Positions 9,826-22,369 of a stretch of DNA of 64,000 nucleotides are shown here, in pieces. The position numbers and the translations under genes were made by a program. The stretch comes from Setoptus koraiensis. Lineage: Eukaryota; Animalia; Arthropoda. Where the stretch lies: assembly GCA_048013815.1 (NCBI GenBank), contig CM106585.1:15376001-15440000 (forward strand), given 5' to 3'. A model generated the notes under the pieces. The model was not told the DNA's origin, made no database searches, and saw only the letters and a list, made by a program, of their open reading frames with translations. Numbering within the stretch: position 1 is the stretch's first letter; every line of letters starts with the position of its first letter.

Positions 9826-10822
9826 TCAGAATTGAAAAAGATGAAGAAAAAAAAACAGCTTCCAGAAAATAATACAATCAACGCTATGTTGCTGCTGCAT
9901 TTATTGTTAGTTATTTATGCTGATAATCATGTATGATATTGTAGAGTTCGTATTGTTATTCATCTGTGAATATTTGTGGTGCAGGTAAGCGCAATAGCAA
10001 AGAATTGTTAAAAAGTGAAAAAGCAGTTTAGAAATGCACCCAGCACTCGCTGCTGCTGCACCATCATCATGCACCTGTAAAGTAATACCATAATATATTG
10101 GGCCAGTCTCCGAGTTATTCAGAGGCGATGAAATCTGACTGATTCTAATAAAATTATTTAATTAAATCGAATGTTACAAGCATGAGCGGAGGCAATAGTA
10201 GCAACATTTGATCTAATCAGAGAGAACAGTTAGTTGTGTTTTAGTCGACTTAGGATACACGAATTTGATATTCAGTCAACATATAAACGAACTCGTAACA
10301 GTGTCTTACAAACTATCAATAGGTTGAGGTGCTTTTGTATTTTTCGGATTCAGCTGGCATCTCCGCCGAGAGTACAATATGTCAACAAGCGTCTAGGAAT
10401 GACGCACGATTTGCAGCGTTCCCTCTGTTACATGTTCAAATTACTCTAGAATCCAATTTCCATGAGTAAAATTGTAGAATGAATTATTCAAATATTCAAA
10501 TTAGTTGCAGCTTCTAATGGTGAGACTGAAGTAGTTAGCACGCGATCGGTGATTAGCTTGATACTGATACAGAAAGGCACAATATGAACATTAATTATCC
10601 CAGACTTCTGGATAATGTCATTTGTTCTAAAGAAGTGGAACTGTAGTGCTTATTTCAGCAGTTTTCTTTCAGAACGAAAAGAAATGTACCTAATCAATGC
10701 ATCATCTCAACTTCTGATTTTCTAGTCTTAGTTCTACGCTAAGGATCTTCTCTCATCATCGTCTGCCGGGTCCATGAGAGAGACATGTTGAATATCAGAA
10801 GGTACAACTCAACTTTCACAAC

Positions 10823-13299
10823 ATGATGAACAAGAAATCTAGTTTTGTAGCCATGGAAAACAACACAAACTATGGAATACAACAGAAAATTATTCGAGAA
10901 CTCATTGGAGCTAGATACAACATCGAATGTTCAGTGTATGATCATTTTTTATTCAGATATTTCAGAATTTTGCACTGCCTTGAAAGCCGGATTGAAAAAC
11001 ATTTCGAACATTGGGGTTCGCCAGATAATCCAACCGGAAACACGATATCATTGACATCAACACCGACGATTTTTGAAAATAATGACGCGTCTTACTCGAG
11101 TCAGAATGTTCTCAGCACTGGCAGATCTACCAGATTGAGAGAATTATCCGATCGAACGATTGCAAGAAACGATTCCACAACAATCAGAATACGGTTGTCG
11201 ATTGTTCATTCTATTTCCGTAAATACTGTTCCGGACCAGCAGTGTGCCTCTTGCAGTCAGCCAGTAGACAAAAATTCACGAAGTAATAAAATTTTCGCTT
11301 TCAGCACGATAACGTCACTGATTATGTTGCTATACGCAACATTTATGATGATTACAATCAATCAGGAGCATTCAAAAAAGGCGGAAATTGAATATAGTCA
11401 CAATGGAACTACCGATCAGAAGCAAGTTTTGATAGAGTGTCTCATAAGGGAAGAAAATCAGCAAATCGGGGGATCGTTGAGGTATCTTAGAGAACTGATG
11501 GATACCTTCCGCTGTCTCGATATGTTGCCTTGTCTGTGGGGATTTAAACTGCACTCTTATGCGGTTTTATTGGTAGGCATAATATTGAGTTTTTTTTCGA
11601 TATCAAGGGTGTTTCTATTTAGGAACATGGAAACAGCAAGGTCATTTGCTAAGTTGGCCATGTCCTACGATTGTGGTTACAATCAAATGATCAGTGATTA
11701 TATCAGTTTGATTGGAGATCAAAGATTGAATTTGAATGCGAAATTTCGATTGCTCAATGTTGTTGCGAGCATCATGTTTTATCATAAAAAAACGTGTATA
11801 CTGAACCATTCCGACATTACACTTTCCGAAGATCGTGATTGGCGATTGATCTACGACAAGAAATTGATTAGTGATCTTTGCAAGGCCAGTCATCTGAACA
11901 AAAAATTCAGTAGATATAACGAGAAAATGTTCGACGAATGTCTCGACTCATTGGTGGGCAACCGATTAGATAACAATAATTCACAAAAAGAAGTTTCGAC
12001 CGATGGATCGGCAAATGAAAGCGCAAACCGAGAGCGGCCTCATAACGTCAACGATTTATCTATACCAAGTTTAGCTAGAGAATATTTAGAGAATTATCCC
12101 AAGGACAAAGTTTATAAAATTATTGAATTGATATACTCTTTTGTCAAGGTATATGTGGTTCCCATGTCAATAATTGTTTATGTTGTCTTTATTGCTCATT
12201 TATATGTAGATGACAGGATGAGACTATGCGGAAAATGCACATATGAGCACTCAACAAACACCACACCAGATGAAAAAAATCAAGCTGGGAATGAATATCA
12301 TATCATCAAACTGGTATTTATGTCTATAATGCTGTCTCTCTTTTATGTGACCTTGGATCAATTTATGGTGGTTAACGGAGCCCCATATTGGGTGCTAGCT
12401 GTTGAGATCAAAAAACAAGTTTGTCTACTCGACAGGGCAGTGAGGACAATGAAGACACAAATACACCGTTATCATAATTATTGTTGTTTGTTGAGCAATC
12501 AAGCAACCGAGACGGCCCTATCGGCCGACTTGAATGCCGTCACAAACAATTTGGCTAAGATGCACAATGAAATACTACATAAAGTACAATCATTTGACGA
12601 TTCATTCAGCTGCCAATTGGGCTCACTGGTGCTTTGGACAATCAGCGGTGTGATTTTGGTTTTTGTATTTATGATTGAGAACTGGAATAAGTCTATCAGA
12701 TTAGAAGAATATATCCTATGTGGAATTCTATTTTATCAATATCTTGTTTCCTTGTACGCTTGGCTGCTGTCGTCGAGAATCAACACAAATGTAAGTGCGA
12801 AACCATAAAGCAATTCGATCAGCTTTGAAGCAGCTAACTATTATCTAACAACCCATAATAATAATAATAACTATTCCCATTTGTCACGGTTAGATAATAA
12901 AACTGTACCACAATTGGTCAAGCTTGCGCGCCAATATGAATTCATATATAAACAATAATACAAAAATCATGTTGTTTAGATGCGTGATAGATGGTTATGA
13001 TCCCGATCCTCGGACGGCCGTCACAGCCTTTGGCTATAAACTAACGAGATCGGGCATATTGTTGGTGAGTAGAACCTCTACTTTTCGCGAAAAAGAAAAT
13101 GTTCTAATGAGATAGATATGAAAAAACAACTCAAGCGAAACTAGCACACCTAGCACGCACAAACAAATGCTGTTTTCTAGAAAAACTTTTCATCAAGTTA
13201 TTATTATTTTTCCTTTTTCATTGTCATGCAATACAGACAATGGCATGGATCATTTCAGGCACGGCTATCGTGATAACATTTGAAGAGCCGCATCAGTGA
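10823..13299 (+). CDS. Divergent gustatory-receptor-like multi-TM protein A, 3 exons (10823-12790, 12894-13064, 13237-13299), 733 aa
   Basis: Multiple hydrophobic helices. Two phase-0 C-terminal introns (GTAAGT 12791, GTGAGT 13065) splice in frame to TAFGYKLTRSGILL|TMAWIISGTAIVITF, resembling the GR TM7a/TM7b region. Paralogous to gene B. Confidence 0.7.
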
Positions 13300-13572
13300 G
13301 ATTGAGAAACAATGGCGCAAAAAGGTCCCAGCTGAAGATTACCGAAATTCATTAATTGAAAAAATTATAGTTGCGAAAATTGTGAAAGGTCCGAGAAAAA
13401 TCAGAAGGGACAGCGGTTCTGCATGGATTTCTGCCCATATCGTATACAATGCAGCGACTACAGATATCGGTGTTGCCGCTCAATTGGGCCCGAAAATCAG
13501 TGACTAGTGGACAACCACTAAACAACTAATATCTAGCAGGCAAGTTAACAACAATCTGAACATTCGAACAAC

Positions 13573-15707
13573 ATGATCTCTTTAATATTTCGCTTCTACT
13601 TCTTCTATACCGGTTTATTTAATCCCTGGATAGAGGTAGACAACGATCACAAGACACCAACAACTTTGGGCGGTTTTCTATGTAAATCAAAAAGTTTATT
13701 ATATTTTCAACTAGTGCAATTTTTTTTCAATTTTATCTGTGTTGGTTTTGTGCTGACCCAGATATCCAGTCTACTGAATGATCCCGACTACGTTGTGTAT
13801 CCATTGTTCAGTTCGGAGCAGCACAATATCGCCAAAACTGGTGATGCGCCTCAAATCAGTGAAATTCGAAACAATCAAACATGCAAATATGACAATTACA
13901 TGAGCATCGCGGGCCTATTTGATGTGTTAAGTATGCTTGAATCGTTCAAGATTTACATGTATTACCTAATTTTGTTGATTATGATAGAGATTTTCGCCAT
14001 CACTTTGTTTCGAATAAAGTACGCCTACAATGAAGACAAATTGGTGCCAATAGCAAAAAAGCTGCTGGCCACCATTGATTGTGGCTTCGACGATCTAATA
14101 GACAAGTATTTGTGCGCGTTAGACAATGTGAAACTAACCAACAATAAAGAGAAAATCGCCATTCTTCGTTGCGTCATTCATGAGAGTCACATCATCAACA
14201 AAAGAGACTTCGAAAACGACATCACCGACAGCAAAGTTTGGCCAGATAGTAAAAATTTGCCACAATTCTTAGAGAAATACTACCCGTTGGCTTATACCAG
14301 ATTGGAGTTTAAGACACAACAGGATCGATCCAACAACCGGTCGGATGACGGTGATTCTGTGCGAGACGGGGACTGCTACGAAACGAAAAACTACTGTTAT
14401 TATAAGCCAACATCAGTGGAACAAATCTATAAAGAATATTTCGATCTGGCCGGCGAAAACGTATCCGCATATTTCCCCGGCGACAGCAGCAGGAGCAGTA
14501 GCACTAGAAGCAAGGAAAAAACTCATGGAAAGAAAACCCCTCAATCTATGAATGGCTTGATAAAGAGAGATGGCAGCAACTATAATACAATTGGCGAAAA
14601 ATTGTATCGGTCATATAATCGTGATAGAAAGGCACTGGTGCATAACATAAGAAAATTTATCATACTCATACTGGCGGCTTATACTTCTAGCAACATTCTG
14701 GGGGCATTCTTGTATCTTCAATATTCAAAGGTGAATTGTTTCATGTTTTTGGCATCGGCACAAAAAATTGTGATCCAACTGCTGGTGTTAGTAGTTGCTG
14801 GCATAGTGTTTGCCTCAGTGTTTACGTTTTTAGCTGTAAATGGAATGATGCAATATGTGTTCATAAGGATCACTTTGAATCAGATCGTTTCGTTGGAATC
14901 CGCATTGGAGAAACACAAGTCATGCATTGATGGCTCACGTCAGGCAACATTCAATAGAAACATCCCCTATCAATCGGTAGATGACGCACATTTGATTGTT
15001 GATAATCTACTTCGAATATATCATTATATATTATGGAAAATCAAAGTTTACAACGATATAACCAAATATGTCTCAACAATGCATAGTATCTATATTCTTG
15101 CCTTGCCCATTATTGTATTAATGTACGTTGCACGCAATCACAATCTAATGAATATCTACGAATGTTGGCTTGCATTATTTCTCTGTAGCATGTACGTCCT
15201 GACAATGCTCGTATTGAATATAGCCACAAACTTGAACAAACAGGTGAGCTGACGCAAACAGAGTTCGCGGAAACGATAATTTATTCATTTTCAAACTAAA
15301 CCTTATCTCTTGATATATACATCTTTATATATATATATATATGTATGTATGTTTGTGTGTCACAACGATAAATCCCGATGCAACACAGTTACAACAAATC
15401 TGTCATTCGTGGTTCGGCCTCTATGCGGCAGTCATATATCACAATATCAGCATCAAGACTGCCATCTACAACAACATCGCCTACAACTTTAATCCTGCCC
15501 CTGTCATTGGCCTCAATTTCGGCCGCAGGGTCACCAAGCACAATTTGCTTATTGTGAGTACCAAAACTAACTGAAATAAAATTTATCACACAATTATCGC
15601 GTTTGCAAATAATTATATCATCTACCGCAATATTGCGTTCTAAATCCTTTCGCTAGACCATTTCTTGGATATTATCCGCTGTGGCGCTCACTCTCAATTT
15701 TAGATAA
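13573..15707 (+). CDS. Divergent gustatory-receptor-like multi-TM protein B, 3 exons (13573-15243, 15389-15553, 15657-15707), 628 aa
   Basis: Same exon layout and phases as gene A. Shared motifs AK(K)L...DCG(Y/F)...I..Y, LYHNW/ICHSW and TMAWIIS/TISWILS. Confidence 0.7.
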
Positions 15708-16354
15708 AACTGATTGACCTAAGGATCGCACGACAAGTGCTGCGGTGCAAATGAAATTTATTGTCGAACTGTCACCAGTTCGCCACTTAGAACGCAATCT
15801 AATAATATAATTATCACGACATTTCCAATGCAATCGATTAAAATGAAGAGAAAAAAAGCAACTAGCGTCAAAAAATATTTCCTTTCCTGGTTTCGATGCG
15901 TGTCTTACTTTCACTAATGACGACGGTCACGATTTTTTCAATCTGGCCGGGAAAAGCTAGATTCAAAATCGCTGACAAGCACGCTAGAAAACGCACTAGA
16001 AAAATATGGCCAACCACATATCTCACCATGATTGCTTTCGTTTCCATGCCCTGATTGTAATCTCGCATTTGTCGTCATTGCGGGAACAATTTTTCATATG
16101 GTGCCGCCCTAGCATAGCAAGCAGCATTGTTGAAAATTGTTGGAATTTCGTAGAAAAAAAGATCGCTTTTCAAGGTCGAAAAATATATACAAAGTGTGCA
16201 TTGTTTTTCTTCTCGTACAAAGCAACAGTGAACGGTAAATCAATGATATACCAGCAGCAAATAGGATCTCGCTCGATTTAGAAAGTTTTTCGGTGCCTCT
16301 GCTTGGTGCGTTAGATAATTGAGGCGCCATCGGCCAATATAATGACATATTAGA

Positions 16355-19300
16355 ATGAGTATTATTCAATGTATACTGTTGTTGGCGGCAGGCGTTTGTG
16401 CGACCAACAAATGGGCCCCGGGCGACGCTGCGCCCACCAACCGAGCATCGGAGACGGGACTGCCTGCGAGACTCGAAATAAACGCTCGCCTGCGAATTGC
16501 TGCAACTGGGGTGAGTTCTTATTTCGCTCGTGATTTTATTTCTGACCATCATCGAAATGATGCACTCGATGATCACATTGACAATTATTGCTATTTGCGC
16601 CATTCTGACAGGCAAAAGATGATTGCAGCTACCGGGTCGACGAGTACATCGACAAGCCCAATTCGAGGGTCACCATCCGATTGCAAAATCAATCAACTGG
16701 CCAGTACACCACCTACTACAGACTCGGCGACCCGCACCAAATGGACACAATAACGCAATTCGACGAAACAAAACAAGAGTGTCACATTGTGAAATTGAGC
16801 TCCCAATGGAGCCTGCAAAAGCTCTCAAAATTGGTGTCGCTGTTGCCCGGCGAGTATCAGATAAATGACGACGAATCAAATTCAAAATCAAAGTCGACAG
16901 TGATAGGCACTGGCTCAATATTATACATAGTGATGAACAAATTAAACAAGAAACTGACGTTTGAGGGTCGCACATTTGACAATGAACGTTTCACGCATCT
17001 AAACTATTTCTCTACGCTGTTCGATTTGAGTGGGGACCAGAAAAAAAAGAATGGGCTTAATTTAAACGGCCACGACGGCTTGGCGCTGCGTGTCACTGTT
17101 GGCATGCCGCTGAGCGTCTCTAAATCGGCCCCTCAATCGGGCGACAGCTGGGAGCTAGCCACGAGCAACGTGATGACGCAATTAGACAGAGTTCCCTATA
17201 CCGTTGTGATGGATATTGTGAATCGAGGCGCCACTTATGATGACGCAAATGGCCAAGATGGCGAAAAAGACAAGCCTATCTCTCGTTCGGTCTATGCTGT
17301 TCTCATTGATTATTATATGGCCCGGCCATTGGTCAACAACAACAATATGCTAACGGAGGCAGATGAGGGCCCCCAATTGGACGGTCATCGATTCACGGAA
17401 CCGTTCATTCTGCCATTGGGCCTGTGGTGTTGGGTAGGCTACGAGTCGAGCGTGTATAGTCTGGAATTGGATCACGATCAATTCAGTGGCGTCTACTATG
17501 ACGAGCTGGCCAGCTCGCAAACGGCCAACGATATGTTTTACATGGCCTACGATGGCAAAACCAAGACATTGCGTTACGACACTCCCGGCCGGAAGACAAT
17601 ACTAGATCTGAAACAAAATTGGGCCTACCACCTAAGCAAGAACACACAGCCAGCTGAGCCCCAAGTGGCGGATCCCCAGCAGCTTGGAGAGCCAGAGAAT
17701 TGCTTTCAACCGCCGATAGGCATCGATATTTTGCAAGTTGATCAACAGCAACAGGAGCCGTGCAAACAGCAACTCGCCACGGATAGTAAGTGTTCGCTTA
17801 TTGAAATGGACACAGAAACTGTCAGCAGCAAGTACAAAGATCTGGCGCGCATACTGGGACTGAGCTCCATGGATCGCATCTATCTGATGGGCCAGGCGGA
17901 TATAGATGGCCTGAATTGTCATGTCTACGAGCGTCTCGTGATACCCGAACAGTTGCCGAAAATATTCGGTTTTCGGCCCATAGAGGCGCAATTGGTGTAT
18001 TTTCTCATAGTGTATGTTGTTCACGACAACAGTTTACTGGACGACGAGTTGTCTCTAAAGTACAATACAATGACATCGTGGCCAAAGCGTTTGGTGCTGC
18101 TGTCGTTCAACACGAGCACCAAGAGGCGCCAATTAGAGGCCTCAGTGATGTTCACGCAATTCTCTTGGACATTGCAAGTGGGCCCGAACGAGGCCGACTC
18201 GGGCGTGTCGGGGCCAGTGCGCTCGGTGCACTTGTTTGACGTCGACCAATGCGCCCCCATTAGGAGGGGTCGCGCCAGGTTGGAATTCTTCGTTGAGCAA
18301 CAAGGTGACACATTGTACAGTTCAAGCAAGAGTGACTTTTTAGTGGATTCTCGTTGGAAAACGCTCACAACAACAGCTCAGGCCAGTCTGCAGCAATGGA
18401 TAATGGGGCACATTAGTGACAGTTACGGTATATCACGGGCCAGAGTGACCAATCTGGAGCTGACATTTCGGCGACAGGCCGTGCTCGTACGGGCCATCCT
18501 GCTCGAACTTCCCGACGTCCACTGTGAGCAATCCACGAATCCATCTTAGACACTCATGCTTTGTTTCTTCGATACTGTATTCTCACGAATGTCATCTATC
18601 ATTGCTATTCATGTCTGCCCGACCCGCCAGCCGAAATCAAACCTTTGGGATACTTTGCGGACTGTTATTACCCTGCCGAGAAACTGGCCGAACTGGCCAG
18701 CAAGTGGCAAAACACACGAATAACCTACTGGATCTCGCTAGATGAATGTCATCTCGAGGGTGCCGTCAGTGGGGCCCACACGATAACCTATTGTCCCAAT
18801 TATAATGGGATGTGCATTGTTGTTGCGCACACTGACATGCCCCTGTTGTCTAGTTCCCGATTTAATCGGGGTTCCACCGCTGACAGGTCATTTTGTTCAG
18901 TGTACACCGTGCAACAAGTGAGTACTCAGAGTAAATTACCGAACAACTCCCTGCGTCAACTTATTGACGACTCCCAGCGTCTATTGACGGCCAGGCCCAT
19001 CAGTGGCAAACTCAAGCTTTTATGGGACGGACCGAACAAAACAATGAATAGAAAATTGACGGAGTTCAAATTCGTCGCCAGAGTAAAAAGTGTCAAGATC
19101 GGCCTCATGGAATCCATTCGAGAAGTGGAGGCCCTCTCCGGTCTCAATTTCATGGTCAGCAGGCAGGTGAGCGGAGATCCGATCGACAATTCAACAATGA
19201 GTGGCCATCTTAACGAACAAGTGTCAGCAACAAATTATTATGTAACGAATATTTCGCGAACGGATGATGATTACCCCGTGGGCCTCATTTACTGTCACGA

Positions 19301-20606
19301 GGCTTGTCAATTAAGTGACCACTGTCATTCTTGGTCGTTTTGTCGCACAAAATCAACACAATCTTGGTGCACGTTGACCGATTTAGAGCTTACACAAGCC
19401 GTTCTTCTGGATTTATCCCGATTGAAAACAGCTGCCGAAAGGAAACTTCCGGTGACATATTCACCACAGCAATTTGACGAAAAGCGTGTCTACTATTTGG
19501 AAAGCAATGATCAGTGTAGCTTACACTCAAAAGATTACTATCAGTTGTATGAGGAATCGACTGGGAACAATTCCGTTCAACTTCAACCTGATCAGCTAAA
19601 ACAATTTGCCTTTGTCTCACTGGAAGAATGCGCTCGATTGTGTTTCACGCACGAGCTGCCCTATGACGAAAAAAACAATTATAACGGTGCCTATCAAGTG
19701 TGTGAAAATTTTAATTATTGTCCAGTCATATCACTTTGTCACTTTGATGGTCTTAGTGGTTCCGATTTGAACTTTTTTTCGCAACAAACAAACAAAGATC
19801 CAATGACATTGTTCAGAGGGCGCAATTTGGAACAACAATTCAACCTGAGGCAACAATGTCATCGCTATCACCGTAACTATTTGCAATATTTTCAAAAGCT
19901 ACTATTTCTGCGATTAACCCTAACTGATACAAGCTCTGCAAAGGAGATTTCTTCGTCCAGTGATGTCATCACTAAATTTGCCAATCTGAATTTCAATCAA
20001 TGCATTCGTCATTGTGCTCTGGCCGACGACCGATGCCTTGCCTTCGATTACTGCAGAGCTTCAATGAGTTCCACCTGTCTCATATACACTATTAAAAGTC
20101 CCGGCGCTGCGTTGAACGGAGACTCGCCAGATTATTCGCCGGAAGTAATTGAACAATACCCTTATTTTTCTCAGCAAACAACAGAAGCAAACAAACCTGC
20201 AGTGAAATACAAAGTTGCGCTGAGGAGTGACGAGAGGTGCGACCATCATTTTCTCATCGACACATATGCAAATGTCAAGCTGAGTCTGTCTAAACATAAA
20301 TATTTCTCCGATAGCATGATTTTAGAGCAAGATCAGTATATTAGCAATAGCATCGAACGATCCGACTTGTTCACAAATGGAACAGCCATAACAAGCAACA
20401 AAATCAACAATGATATGAATACATCTAATCATAGTCTCGTAAATTTCGCTACTTTCGCCATTGGACTAGCGATGGGGGTGCTTATCTATCTTATGGTGCC
20501 GAGTTATGTAGTGCGTCGTGTCAAGCGGCGCCAGGAAACGGAACACATCCGATTCAAGGTTTTCAGCTCAGTTCCTAATGAACACCGCCAACATTGCTCA
20601 CGATAA
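16355..20606 (+). CDS. Large type I membrane protein with about 3 PAN/Apple-like Cys modules, 3 exons (16355-16510, 16612-18523, 18631-20606), 1347 aa
   Basis: Signal peptide MSIIQCILLLAAGVCA. GT-AG introns (phase 0, then phase 1) join three ORF-track ORFs in frame. Repeats CHEACQLSDHCHSWSFC, CARLC...CENFNYC and CIRHCALADDRCLAFDYC. C-terminal TM followed by RRVKRR. Confidence 0.8.
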
Positions 20607-21204
20607 AGCTGCCGTGCATGATTAAATGAAACAACCAATTGGAGCAAGTTAACTCAAACAACTGTTAAAATGAATAAGCCGATGTGCTCATTCTCAACTC
20701 ATGATTGTGATAGAGAAGTCTTCCGAAATTTGGGAAACAGAACAAAAACGAGCAGGCTCGCCACTCAATTGAGAGCCTACGCTAAGAATAGATTGTCTTA
20801 GAATACAATGTGTAAGATAATTCCTGGTTAGAACCCATACGTTCATCGCTGTATATCATGGTGCCTCTTGTTGATTTCCATATATATCCTATAAAATAAA
20901 ATATCCATCAGTTGGAAAACTTTTGGAAGCGTAAGCTGCGCTTGCTAGTAGCAACAGCACCATTGGAAAGCGTGTTTGAGTTGTAGCTGATTGTCTATTT
21001 TTATCCGATTGTTTTTTTGTCCGACTTCTGTCACGACGCGTCGAACGAACGCAAAATAAAAGATCAAGCTCACCATTTGCAGCCCATTGGAAACTAGTCG
21101 TAACATTTATTTATCGCTGGTAAACCCATAAATGATAGTTAGTTATATTCCTCGAAGAATATAAACAAAATAGATCATAATTCTTAGGCCTCTTTCTCTA
21201 TACA

Positions 21205-22113
21205 ATGAAAGACGGAATATTTTTTGTTTCCTTGATCACGATTGGTCTTGTTGCCTTCGTATGCGATGTTGAAGGTGGGTAGCTACTACACTTGGCACGT
21301 CTTAGAATCACCTCGCGATTATTCTTTTTATCACAATCAAGCAACTCGTTCAATTGTCTTGTATTACAGGCAGTAAAGATAAGGACAAAGATAAGCACCA
21401 CGAAACACCATATACGCCACCGTGGGCACCAGGTAAGTCTCATCGAATTGCTTTGCCAATCGTTATCTACCTGACATTGTCGCATATGTTTTTATTATCA
21501 AATTGAAACAATTATTCACTCAGAGGGAGCCGGCCATGGACATCCTCCCAAAAAGGAAGGATTAACACACAAGATAGTGAGCTTGCTTGGAGGAAAAGAG
21601 AGTCATCATCAAGATTACCGCTTCATGAGCGACTATGATATCCTGTTTTCTCTATGCAAAAAAGTGAGCAAGAGTATGTGTGACAAATTTGTCACAATTG
21701 CAAGAGAACGTTACCCTTACGAGGCGGCCTCAGTGGTCAATGCCATAAGAAATAAACGTCCCGATGAAAGTGCCTATTCCACGGCAGCCAATGAATTCTT
21801 TAAAAAGGTGGTCAAAAAACATCTTCTGAATGAGTTGTTCAAAAAACCGAAGCCCCACGGGCAATACAACGACGGACATAATTATAATCCGCATAATTAT
21901 AATCCAAACAATTACAATCCACACAATTATGATCCACACAATTATAATCAACAACAAGAGGATGCAAATTGGCTCCACAATCAAGAAGTGGAGGCAAGAA
22001 ACCATTATCAGAACGCCATGAATAATTACAGAAATCAGCAGCTCAACAACCCATTCCCAACTTACAATGGCGTACCCATATATCCGTCCCCTTTCCCCGA
22101 AAAACATCACTGA
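21205..22113 (+). CDS. Secreted orphan protein with His-rich N-terminus and NYNPH repeats, 3 exons (21205-21274, 21370-21432, 21524-22113), 240 aa
   Basis: Signal peptide MKDGIFFVSLITIGLVAFVCDVEG in exon 1. Two phase-1 GT-AG introns give a 723-nt in-frame CDS. Confidence 0.75.
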
Positions 22114-22369
22114 TCGAGTACCAAGATGACCACCTCGGCTCATGGAGGTACCAATGTGAGGCTGAGTAATTAATTGGGCAGCGGTCTAAATGATGGAGGG
22201 TTGGTCACTAACATCTACAGAGCGAACAATAAAATACTAGACGAGAATCTATATTAAAATCTCTATCTATAATATAATATGTGTGTTGTTGCACTTTATT
22301 ACTAATTGCTAGCATCACTTGAACAATATTAACGTCTCTTATCGACCACAACTAGACAATTATCCGCAT

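Noticed and set aside
15672-16670. Short ORFs between GR-like B and the PAN gene, and antisense ORFs throughout coding regions
   Set aside because: They are shadows of real genes on the other strand or frame, or short AT-rich intergenic ORFs without recognisable features.
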